From: Minisyncoccota bacterium | GTDB lineage: Bacteria > Patescibacteriota > Minisyncoccia > Phycocordibacterales > JAQTLZ01 | Assembly (NCBI GenBank): GCA_028711065.1 | Contig: JAQTSY010000005.1 | Span: forward strand, 7,656 to 71,655 | Length of the DNA: 64,000 bases | Direction: 5' to 3' | In this document: piece by piece, positions 56,375 through 63,980 of the stretch | How positions within the stretch are numbered: position 1 is the first letter of the stretch | Layout of the letters: the number at the start of each line of letters is the position of its first letter | Notes under the pieces: model-generated | Database searches by the model: none | Seen by the model: the letters and a program-made list of their open reading frames with translations, nothing else | Told to the model about the DNA's origin: nothing | Position numbers and translations under genes: made by a program

Positions 56375-57055
56375 TTATAGAATATATTTGCCATCTTTAT
56401 CGTCTCGAACGATCTTGCCCGTATCCATGGTAATTACCCTGCCTCCCACAGAATCAACCACTCCTCTATTATGGGTGGTGAGAATAACCGTTGTACCGAG
56501 TTCATGGATCTTCTTCAAAATCTGGACAATGTCGAGCGTGTTTATGGGATCAAGATTTCCAGTCGGTTCATCGGCGATCAAAATATCGGGTTGATTGACT
56601 ATCGCCCGAGCGATAGCTACACGCTGTTTTTCCCCGCCCGAGAGCTCTCGCGGGAAATTCAATACTTTATCGCCAAGCCCCACAAGCTCAAGCACATGGG
56701 GAACATCAGCGGCAATTTCTTCATCTGTTCTTCCCGAAGCTTCCATGGCGAACGCAATATTTTCGTAGGCTGTTTTGTCAGGAAGAAGCCTGAAATCTTG
56801 GAAAACTGTGCCGATTCGGCGACGAAGCTGGCTTACCTCTTTTCTCCTGAGCCTCTGAAGATCGACAGATTCGAGAAAAACCCTGCCGGAAGTTGGCCTC
56901 TCTTCAGCAAATATCATCTTGAGAAGGGTCGTTTTGCCCGCGCCAGAATGTCCGACGATAGATACAAATTCTTTAGGGTGTACTTTAAAACTCACATCCG
57001 AAAGAGCCACTGAATTATCGCCATATACCTTCGAGACTTTTTCAAAATATATCAT
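56375..57055 (-). CDS. ftsE: Cell-division ATP-binding protein FtsE
   Basis: Walker A GHSGAGKTT, signature LSGGEKQRVAIARAI, Walker B ILIADEPTGNLD. 226 aa. Confidence 0.9.
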   Translation of the reverse strand: MIYFEKVSKVYGDNSVALSDVSFKVHPKEFVSIVGHSGAGKTTLLKMIFAEERPTSGRVFLESVDLQRLRRKEVSQLRRRIGTVFQDFRLLPDKTAYENIAFAMEASGRTDEEIAADVPHVLELVGLGDKVLNFPRELSGGEKQRVAIARAIVNQPDILIADEPTGNLDPINTLDIVQILKKIHELGTTVILTTHNRGVVDSVGGRVITMDTGKIVRDDKDGKYIL

Positions 57056-57155
57056 GAAAGAAAAGCTTCGCGAGTTAGAGAAGCCCCTTTAGTTTAACAT
57101 GTTTTGCATCCATGCCAAACCTCTTTTATAGACTATCGGAACCGAAAAAATCCTT

Positions 57156-58037
57156 TTAAAGAGCCTTTTCTGCTTCGATAAAAAGATCGAGGTCGCCTGC
57201 AAGCACTTTGTCAGCATTCGAGGTTTCTGCTTCGGTACGATGATCTTTCACCATCTTGTACGGATGGAGCACATACGAGCGAATCTGGCTTCCCCATTCA
57301 ATATCTGTTGAAGAGCTTATTGCCATCCCTTTTTCTTTTTTCTTCCTGTCATCTTCCTGTTTTTTGTAGATCTTCGCTTTTATCATTGCGATAGCTTTCT
57401 CGCGATTTTGCTGCTGGCTTCGCTCGCTCGTTACGTGCACGGAAAATCCTGTTGGAATATAGACTGCACGAACCGCAGTCTCCCGCTTATTCACATTTTG
57501 TCCTCCAGGACCGCCAGCTTTTGCAGTTTCAATTTTAATATCCTGCGCAGGTATTTCGATCTCATCCATTTTTTCGAATTTCGGCAAAACTTCAACAAGC
57601 GAAAAGGAAGTTTGTCGTATGCCTTTTGCACCAAAGGGTGAGATGCGAACGAGACGATGCACTCCCGATTCATTCTTCAGCGTTCCGTACGCCCCCTTCC
57701 CTTCAATCTCGAAGGAAATATTGCGGTATCCGCCGTGGTCATTTTCATTTTGAGAGAGAATTGTCATTCCCCATCCCTTTTTGTCGGCATATTTGGTGTA
57801 CATCTGAAAGAGCATTCCAGAAAAATCTTCCGCGTCATCTCCGCCGGCGCCGGAAAAGATGGTGATGATAGCATCGCCCTTGTCGAATTTCCCCACACCA
57901 GAAAGCTCCTCTTTGAGCGTTTGGATTTCTTTAATGACCACCTGAGCCCGATTTTTGTCAGCCCAAAAATCGGGCTCTGACATACTCGCCTCGAGTTCCC
58001 TTATTTTCTCTTCTTTTGTCTGTTTTATTTCTGGCAT
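57156..58037 (-). CDS. prfB: Peptide chain release factor 2
   Basis: SPF tripeptide (RISPFGAKG), GGQ motif ([10 protein letters not shown]), and the C-terminal RF domain. 293 aa. There is no upstream frameshift segment: a tRNA gene ends 10 nt upstream. Confidence 0.85.
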   Translation of the reverse strand: MPEIKQTKEEKIRELEASMSEPDFWADKNRAQVVIKEIQTLKEELSGVGKFDKGDAIITIFSGAGGDDAEDFSGMLFQMYTKYADKKGWGMTILSQNENDHGGYRNISFEIEGKGAYGTLKNESGVHRLVRISPFGAKGIRQTSFSLVEVLPKFEKMDEIEIPAQDIKIETAKAGGPGGQNVNKRETAVRAVYIPTGFSVHVTSERSQQQNREKAIAMIKAKIYKKQEDDRKKKEKGMAISSSTDIEWGSQIRSYVLHPYKMVKDHRTEAETSNADKVLAGDLDLFIEAEKAL

Positions 58038-58047
58038 ATTTTTCCGG

Positions 58048-58120
58048 AGCCATCCCCGAGGATCGAACTCGGGACCCCCACTTTACGAAAGTGGTGCTCT
58101 ACCAACTGAGCTAGGATGGC
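58048..58120 (-). tRNA. tRNA-Thr (anticodon CGT)
   Basis: Cloverleaf: acceptor GCCATCC/GGATGGC, D-arm GCTC-AGTTGGTA-GAGC, anticodon stem CCACT/AGTGG with loop TTCGTAA, T-arm CCGAG-TTCGATC-CTCGG, discriminator T. 73 nt. Confidence 0.85.
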
Positions 58121-58127
58121 GATATGG

Positions 58128-58393
58128 AGCCGATGTCCGGGATTGAACCGGAGACCTCGTCATTCATCTATACCTTTATTTCACCTGACTGGGCTTATAA
58201 AAGGATTAGACTGTATCTTGCGCATACCTTTTCGGTTTAGCGTCCCTTGTCAGTCGTTCGAGCGCGTAGAGCGCTACGGTCTTATCCACTTGAATGGACT
58301 TTAACCGTAATTCGGGTTTCAACATTTCGTTTCCAAAATGAAGGGCAATTTTTGTTTACCAATGACGTGCTCTACCAACTGAGCTACATCGGC
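58128..58393 (-). tRNA. tRNA-Thr (anticodon GGT) interrupted by a roughly 193-nt intron between positions 36 and 37
   Basis: 5' exon GCCGATG-TA-GCTC-AGTTGGTA-GAGC-A-CGTCA-TTGGT (58393..58358). 3' exon AA-TGACG-AGGTC-TCCGG-TTCAATC-CCGGA-CATCGGC-T (58164..58128), with CCA encoded at 58127..58125. All stems are perfect once the insert is removed. Confidence 0.7.
58165..58357 (-). ncRNA. Candidate group I self-splicing intron in the tRNA-Thr(GGT) anticodon loop. No ORF.
   Basis: The 5' exon ends in U and the insert ends in G (GGTATAGATG|AA). The insert contains a GAACGACTGACAAGG block (like the P7 5'/R element GUUCAACGACUA) and an AAGATACAGTCTAA block (like the P7 3'/S element AAGAUAUAGUC), with GACTG/CAGTC able to form P7. 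The 193-nt size is near the known minimum (about 205 nt). Confidence 0.5.
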
Positions 58394-58513
58394 TTATAAA
58401 TTCACATGTAAAGAACTACGTAAGAATAGTCTATTTATGCTACATTTTCAATCAATACAAAAACCGCCTTCGGGCGGTTTTCGTACATCTCTCTAAGATG
58501 GAAATCAAAGATT

Positions 58514-61180
58514 TTACTTATCCACTTCCGAGGGTACGACTTTGCAGTTTGCTGTGGCAGTTTGTGTCACTCTGTCACCGTCCCGCACGGGATTCGGCGA
58601 TTCCACTCCATTCCAAGAAGTACATGAGAGTGAGTAGACTTGCGCATTCTGAATCCCTCCACTCACATTAGACGCTCGAGCGTCAGAGAACTTAAATCCT
58701 GGAGGAGGAATGACAACAGCATCTCCTTTTGTCGCAGAGAAATTAGCATTTGTCGAATCGAATCCGACCCCAGTTATGGTGCAGGTTGGAGTATAATTGC
58801 TTTCGAGATTTGTCAGAAGATTACATTGATCGCCTTTCGGAATGAGCGCTGGATCTGCTCTGAATGTCATATTTTGAATCACCGCAGGAGCTGGTCTCGG
58901 TACACATACGTTGTTGACGATAATATGGTCATCAAAATCACACGGAGGTGGTGTTGGGGTTGGCGATGTGGCACAGCTATTGTCTGCTTCGCATCCCGGC
59001 GTCGGGGTAATCTCATCCGTAGGTGTTGGAGTAGGACCGTCATAACTACAAGGTGCTGGTTCTCCTTCGTTGTTAGCATTGGCATCGGTACAGAGATCGT
59101 CATACGTACAGTCTCCCACTTCACCGTTATTGTTCGCCTGTGAATCGGTACAAACATTCTCCGCGGGAACAGTAATAGTAAGATGGAAATCGGTAACCCC
59201 CACTCGTTGTCCCAGATTCACTTTATTCGTCACCCTACCGACAATATCGTTGTCTCCTGGGGTAGTCGGCATATCAAATGGTCCGAAAGAGAATGTGGAC
59301 TGGCTTACGATAAACGAATGTCCCGAGGCTCTTTTTGTTTTCGTCTTGAGTGCTGCCGGCACAGAATTCCCGGGCACGCTCAGAAGTTCCGCTGTAATAT
59401 CTCCAGGAGAGTTTCCGCAAGCAGGGCTGAAGACAGAAAGAAGGACGGTGAATTTCGTACCGTCGGCACTCGGTACCACTGTGCCATATACTGCAGGAGC
59501 GATTTCATGAGCGGTCGCTTTTCCATTTTTCTGATTCACGCTTTCAGTACTATCAACATCAGCCGGCGGCACCCCCAAGCCTGCCTCTACGCTTGCAACA
59601 ATATCTTCCCAGGCTGGTTTTTTGCCTTTTGCAACTTGTTTTGTCGTTGCAGCAAATACTTTCTTCCCATCCACTTTCAGAAAAGTAGCGAGAATGGGTT
59701 TCGATGCTGCCTTCGCCGCCTTCTTTGCCGCTGCAGCATCTTTTCTTGCTTGAATTGCCGCCGCCCTCTCTGCCGCAGTCAGGGCTGCCACATTGGAATT
59801 TCTACTCGCAATTCCATTTACCGCTTTCAGTGAGGGAGACCCGCCAAAGAATACAAGACCTAAAACTCCGACCGCGAAGAGAAGTACAAGTGCTGTTGGT
59901 TCTACTTTTTTCTTGAAGACAGCGATCACAATCAAAATCCCCAGAAGAACGATGCCCCCAACTACCACGATAGGCAGAATAGGCAATCTATTGGCTTCCT
60001 TTATAAGTGCATTTGCCTTTTCCTCATCATAATTGCTCGATAAAGGCTGATTATAAGAAGAAAGAACTGTACCGTGAGAAGAAAGGGTTGCTTCTACCCG
60101 TAAAGCTTTTGCGGCTACGTCTGCTTCAATCTGAACAGCCTGAGCAATAGAATCACTTAAATCTATAGTAGTTGGAGCGTTTTTTCCGACAAGCTCATCT
60201 TTCTCATTAAAAAGTAAGATGCTTAGCTGTGCTGTACCCGTCGCAATACTCTCTCCCGTTTCAATATCATAAGGAACACCGGTAATGTTTGCTACAAGAG
60301 AGATGGTGTCTCCAGGCTGTGCAGAAGTTGTCTTGGCAGTAATCGACTGAATGCTGCCGATATCCCCCGCTACGATGTAGCGAAACGATACTGTCGGAGC
60401 TCTCGCAACGCCACTCTGATCAAGAAAAGAAACGCTTCCTGCATACACCCCACCGGCATAATTAAAAACCGGCAACAAAAGAGTCGCTGTTTTTCCGCTC
60501 TTTGCGGGCAGATCAAGAGGAGTCCCGGTTTGCGTGGTGAGTTCTTTTCCAAGCATTGATTTTTCAAAGATTGAAACGTGAGGGGTAACAGAAATCGCGG
60601 TGGTGCCAGTATTAGAAAGAGCGACAACTAACGAAATTGACTGATCTCTTTTCACTACCGGACCTTCCTGCACGCCAAATTGTCTCTGTCCAATCGCCAC
60701 ATACGCATCAGTCACTTTTGCAAAAGCGCTTCCGCCAGTTACCGTGATGAGAGCATCTTTCCAGCCCATAGGCACGCCACTCTTTAAAAAGTTTTGAATC
60801 TGAATGCCAAGATTGGTACCGCTTATGGCTTCAGGAAGTTTGTAAGAAAAAGGAACACTTCTGACTTCTTGCGCTTTCAACGAAATCGGTCCGAATGTTT
60901 TTGTGTCGTAATTGTCTGTCGGAATTCCATCTTGATAATTCCCCATGAGTGAAATGGTGTAAGAGATTTGAGATACAGCGAATGCGTTGGCATTTACGAT
61001 AGTAAACGTACCAACAACAGTGTCCCCGCTTTTAAAAGAGTCGGAAAGAAGGTTGATATTAGCAACATTCACTTGCGGATTGTCGAGATAGTCGTCAGCA
61101 AAGACAGGAGATGCCGACTGGACAAAAACAGAGCCAGTGACCAAAAGAGAGAGAAGAGATACGAAGAATAGTTTTTTCAT
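58514..61180 (-). CDS. Large (888 aa) surface protein: signal peptide, beta-rich repeats, internal TM pair, Ala/Lys-rich segment, Cys-rich C-terminal domain (hypothetical)
   Basis: MKKLFFVSLLSLLVTGSVFVQSASPVFA signal. Hydrophobic stretch LPILPIVVVGGIVLLGILIVIAVF. C-terminal CTDSQANNNGEVGDCTYDDLCTDANANNEGEPAPCSY.... Confidence 0.45.
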   Translation of the reverse strand: MKKLFFVSLLSLLVTGSVFVQSASPVFADDYLDNPQVNVANINLLSDSFKSGDTVVGTFTIVNANAFAVSQISYTISLMGNYQDGIPTDNYDTKTFGPISLKAQEVRSVPFSYKLPEAISGTNLGIQIQNFLKSGVPMGWKDALITVTGGSAFAKVTDAYVAIGQRQFGVQEGPVVKRDQSISLVVALSNTGTTAISVTPHVSIFEKSMLGKELTTQTGTPLDLPAKSGKTATLLLPVFNYAGGVYAGSVSFLDQSGVARAPTVSFRYIVAGDIGSIQSITAKTTSAQPGDTISLVANITGVPYDIETGESIATGTAQLSILLFNEKDELVGKNAPTTIDLSDSIAQAVQIEADVAAKALRVEATLSSHGTVLSSYNQPLSSNYDEEKANALIKEANRLPILPIVVVGGIVLLGILIVIAVFKKKVEPTALVLLFAVGVLGLVFFGGSPSLKAVNGIASRNSNVAALTAAERAAAIQARKDAAAAKKAAKAASKPILATFLKVDGKKVFAATTKQVAKGKKPAWEDIVASVEAGLGVPPADVDSTESVNQKNGKATAHEIAPAVYGTVVPSADGTKFTVLLSVFSPACGNSPGDITAELLSVPGNSVPAALKTKTKRASGHSFIVSQSTFSFGPFDMPTTPGDNDIVGRVTNKVNLGQRVGVTDFHLTITVPAENVCTDSQANNNGEVGDCTYDDLCTDANANNEGEPAPCSYDGPTPTPTDEITPTPGCEADNSCATSPTPTPPPCDFDDHIIVNNVCVPRPAPAVIQNMTFRADPALIPKGDQCNLLTNLESNYTPTCTITGVGFDSTNANFSATKGDAVVIPPPGFKFSDARASNVSGGIQNAQVYSLSCTSWNGVESPNPVRDGDRVTQTATANCKVVPSEVDK

Positions 61181-61362
61181 TATTTTTTATGAGCTCTTTA
61201 AAAACGCCGACGAGACGTTCTTTTTTTCTCTTTTATTATACCGTGATACCCTACTGGGACAAAGGAAAGCTGTGGAAAGAAAAAAGCTTAGCTGACTTCA
61301 TTTAAGAGCAAAATTGTGCTACTCTCTCGTATGTTCAGGCACAAGATCGCGATATTTAAAAT

Positions 61363-61433
61363 GTCGGTGTAGTTCAATGGTAGAACGAGGGACTCATAAG
61401 CCCTAGACAGTGGTCCGATTCCACTCATCGACA
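61363..61433 (+). tRNA. tRNA-Met/CAT-anticodon tRNA (elongator Met or Ile2; not an initiator by the 1-72 criterion)
   Basis: Acceptor GTCGGTG/CATCGAC, D-arm GTTC-AATGGTA-GAAC, anticodon stem AGGGA/GCCCT with loop CTCATAA, T-arm AGTGG-TCCGATT-CCACT (C at position 55), discriminator A. Confidence 0.7.
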
Positions 61434-61481
61434 CCTTTTTGCGAAAGAGCAGTAAATCTGCTACATTTATATTCCACGAAT

Positions 61482-61553
61482 GCGGCTGTAGTTCAACGGT
61501 AGAACGCTCCCCTGTCACGGGAGAGGTCGTGGGGTCAGCACCCATCAGCCGCG
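61482..61553 (+). tRNA. tRNA-Asp (anticodon GTC) with a non-canonical T-loop
   Basis: Acceptor GCGGCTG/CAGCCGC, D-arm GTTC-AACGGTA-GAAC, anticodon stem CTCCC/GGGAG with loop CTGTCAC, T-arm GTGGG-GTCAGCA-CCCAT (not TTCGAAT-like), discriminator G, CCA encoded. Confidence 0.65.
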
Positions 61554-61556
61554 CCA

Positions 61557-61581
61557 ACAAAAACCCCGAAAGGGGTTTTTC
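61557..61581 (+). terminator. Rho-independent (bidirectional-type) terminator after the tRNA-Met/Asp pair
   Basis: AAAAACCCC-GAAA-GGGGTTTTT perfect hairpin with flanking A and T tracts. Confidence 0.6.
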
Positions 61582-61629
61582 GTTTGGCGCGGCTAGAAAG
61601 CGCGGGACGCTTTCGTGATGGGTGCTGAC

Positions 61630-61704
61630 GCCCCGATGAGTAGATTTTGTCGCGCGAAGGCGCGAACAAAATCTCCATCGGGGATACTGTTCCCGTAGGG
61701 AAAA
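61630..61704 (+). repeat. Copy 2 of the conserved structured repeat module (candidate ncRNA or miniature mobile-element end), downstream of tRNA-Asp
   Basis: GCCCCGATGAGTAG-[ATTTTGTCGCGCG-AAG-GCGCGAACAAAAT]-CTCCATCGGGGATACTGTTCCCGTAGGGAAAA. It is flanked by GGGTGCTGAC (61621-30 and 61722-31), which is antisense to the unusual tRNA-Asp T-arm GTCAGCACCC. Confidence 0.45.
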
Positions 61705-61863
61705 GCACCCGTGGGTGCTGACGACCTTTTGAGCCTAAAATTTGCGAAGCAAAATTTTAGCCAAAAGGTGTACTGCGGCTGTAAGCCGAAGCGCCCATCT
61801 AATTAAAAGCACCCATCAGTCAACCGACCACATTCAAAAATTATTTCCTGCTATAATGAATCA

Positions 61864-62235
61864 ATGAAAAAAGTACATATTGAAATAGCACTAAGCGCGA
61901 TGTTTGTCGTTTTGGGTACTCTTTTTGTCTACAGCCGCCTAGTCGGATTCAATATTTTTTGGAACTCCCAGGTCATTTGGAGCCTTGTACTTGCTTTTGG
62001 TTGGGTAATTGTAGCCATCGGATATTACAACCAGGGCTGGATAGTCCACACAAGTAAAAGCGCCGATCATGTTTCGATTATTCTGCCCGTGGCGGTTTTC
62101 ATCGTCCAATGTGTTCTTTTTGTAAAAGGTATTTATTACCACGATTGGTCTCTCACTACTGGCGCGGTTATGGTAAATTCAGGAGTTGTCTTCAGCTTGT
62201 ATCAAATTTTGAAAGTGAGACGAAAACGAAGATAA
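61864..62235 (+). CDS. Small 4-TM membrane protein (hypothetical)
   Basis: 123 aa, hydrophobic, C-terminal KVRRKRR. Confidence 0.35.
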   Translation: MKKVHIEIALSAMFVVLGTLFVYSRLVGFNIFWNSQVIWSLVLAFGWVIVAIGYYNQGWIVHTSKSADHVSIILPVAVFIVQCVLFVKGIYYHDWSLTTGAVMVNSGVVFSLYQILKVRRKRR

Positions 62236-62898
62236 TCACTCCAGGACAGTCACGGTACTCTCCGAAAGAGCGAAATCCTTTTTGAAAAAGACTTGGGCAA
62301 TATGATGAATCGAGTAGGTAATGAAAAATGCTGAAAGTACATCAATCGTGTAATGGAGATGCGCGAGAAGCACTACGCCTCCAAAAAAGATCGCGGAAAG
62401 CACAAAAAATATTCTGAGGAACTTATTCTTCCAGAAGATGAGAGCCATAAGAAACGGAATGCCTGTGTGAGCGGAAAAGAAGAGATCTCCGCCAAAGGTA
62501 AAATCATACACGATACTCTGCGGACTCACATCGAGCATAGCGTGTGCTGGAAAAGGACCGATATGAGTAAGAGTAATAAAAAGTGCGCGAATGGCTACAA
62601 AGAGAGCTATGCTTTTGAGCGTAAATGGAATTTTCTGCGGGGCGTAACTTATAAGCACCAAAGCTATGAATATCCAAAAACTGACAAACCCATAGATAAA
62701 AAGTCCATCAAGATCATAGCTTCGGGTATTGCTCAAAATGATATCGGTAACCGAACTGCTCGCCTTCTCTGCCGCATAAGTGCCGGCATAAAAATTGATG
62801 AAAAGACTTCCTATGAGCAATAGAAAACCAAGAATTACAGAAAAAAGAAATCCTTTATTCTGAAGACAAAGTCTGTATTTTCCAGTAAATGTTTTCAT
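62236..62898 (-). CDS. PAP2_C / sphingomyelin-synthase-like membrane phosphotransferase-fold protein
   Basis: FTFGGDLFFSAHTGIP (GD...S-x-H-T) and LAHLHYTIDVLSAFFITYSIHH (HYTxDV...Y..H) match the PAP2_C/SMS-type motifs. 6 TM segments. Confidence 0.55.
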   Translation of the reverse strand: MKTFTGKYRLCLQNKGFLFSVILGFLLLIGSLFINFYAGTYAAEKASSSVTDIILSNTRSYDLDGLFIYGFVSFWIFIALVLISYAPQKIPFTLKSIALFVAIRALFITLTHIGPFPAHAMLDVSPQSIVYDFTFGGDLFFSAHTGIPFLMALIFWKNKFLRIFFVLSAIFFGGVVLLAHLHYTIDVLSAFFITYSIHHIAQVFFKKDFALSESTVTVLE

Positions 62899-62951
62899 AA
62901 AAAGAATTATCTTATCTTACCCCATGACAGATGTTCTTCAAAACAGTGAAA

Positions 62952-63980
62952 TCATCTCACATCTTTATATTCCTTTGTCACCGGCCTGTGAAGAACCGCC
63001 TCTGAAAGAAAATTGGAGACATAGAGTTTCGCGGTTTTTATAATTCCATGATGAGTAAGGCGCCGGCCGGAGGTATGCATAGCGAAACTTGGCTTGAATT
63101 TTACTTTGCCAAACTTATACGCCCGCCTAGCGATATCAGTATCTTCTCCGTAAAATTCGATCGAGGTATCGAAGCCTCCCATTTTCTCAAGTACCTCTCT
63201 CCGAATCACAAAATTACCTCCCACAAGCATATAGCGAGTGAACAGATATGCCGGATAAGCAAGTATCATCCACCAAAGAGAGACGAGGGTTCTCTGCCAC
63301 ATCGGAAGATCGTAATAGATATAAGGGCCGCTTAATGAGGCGAGATTTGCATTTTTTTCAAACTCCCTGAGAGCTGATTCGATCCATCCTGCGGACATTT
63401 TGGTGTCAGCATCAATATAAGCGATAATGTCCCCTTTTGCTTCTTCAAATCCGCGCTGGCGGGCTCGAGTAAGTCCTTTCCTCTTCTCATAAACCACCCT
63501 AACGCCGGGAAAACCCTCCGCGATATCTTTTGTCCTGTCGGTACTTGCGTTGTCGATCACAATAATCTCGAAGAATCGGTCTTTTGAATTCTTCTTCACA
63601 TGCTCCAAACATACTCCAATATGCTTTTCTTCATTATGAGCACAGATGACGAGACTCGAAGAAGGTTGCTTATTCTGTCGGCGAGTGGAATACTCTTCTA
63701 TTCCCTTGCGGAAAATTTCCTCCCAAGCATCTGCGATTTTTGATGGAGCAAGTTCGTGTGTGTAGGCAATACCAGCTTCTCCCATTCTTTTCGCTACTTC
63801 ATTATTCTCAAAAAGGAATTTGATTTTCTCTGCAAGCACCTCGTCATCATTTGGCTCGATCTGGTAGCCACACTCCGGTTTCAAATATTCTTTGAGTCCA
63901 TGTGCACTCGCTCCGATAGACGGAAGACCTGTGGCGAAAGCTTGCATGAGAGCGAGAGACTGAGTTTCAGCAGTGCTCAT
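62952..63980 (-). CDS. GT2 glycosyltransferase domain protein, preceded by a GT4-like C-terminal segment. The gene probably extends beyond the window end.
   Basis: FFEIIVIDNASTDRTKDIAE...IAYIDADT are GT2 DxD-region motifs. The N-terminal approximately 100 aa (SLALMQAFATGLPSIGASAHGLKEY) look like the C-terminal end of a GT4 domain, and there is no stop within 63981-64000. Confidence 0.65.
   Translation of the reverse strand: MSTAETQSLALMQAFATGLPSIGASAHGLKEYLKPECGYQIEPNDDEVLAEKIKFLFENNEVAKRMGEAGIAYTHELAPSKIADAWEEIFRKGIEEYSTRRQNKQPSSSLVICAHNEEKHIGVCLEHVKKNSKDRFFEIIVIDNASTDRTKDIAEGFPGVRVVYEKRKGLTRARQRGFEEAKGDIIAYIDADTKMSAGWIESALREFEKNANLASLSGPYIYYDLPMWQRTLVSLWWMILAYPAYLFTRYMLVGGNFVIRREVLEKMGGFDTSIEFYGEDTDIARRAYKFGKVKFKPSFAMHTSGRRLTHHGIIKTAKLYVSNFLSEAVLHRPVTKEYKDVR

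Noticed and set aside
58038-58047. Searched upstream of prfB for the conserved programmed +1 frameshift segment.
   Set aside because: A tRNA gene occupies the position, so there is no coding space. The gene appears to be a non-frameshifted short form.
61560-61860. tmRNA, SRP RNA or 6S RNA considered for the hairpin-rich region after tRNA-Asp.
   Set aside because: No tRNA-Ala-like terminal domain with a tag reading frame (tmRNA). No AGGUCAGG..GGAAGCAGC domain IV motif (SRP RNA). The repeats are shared with the tRNA-Gln locus instead.
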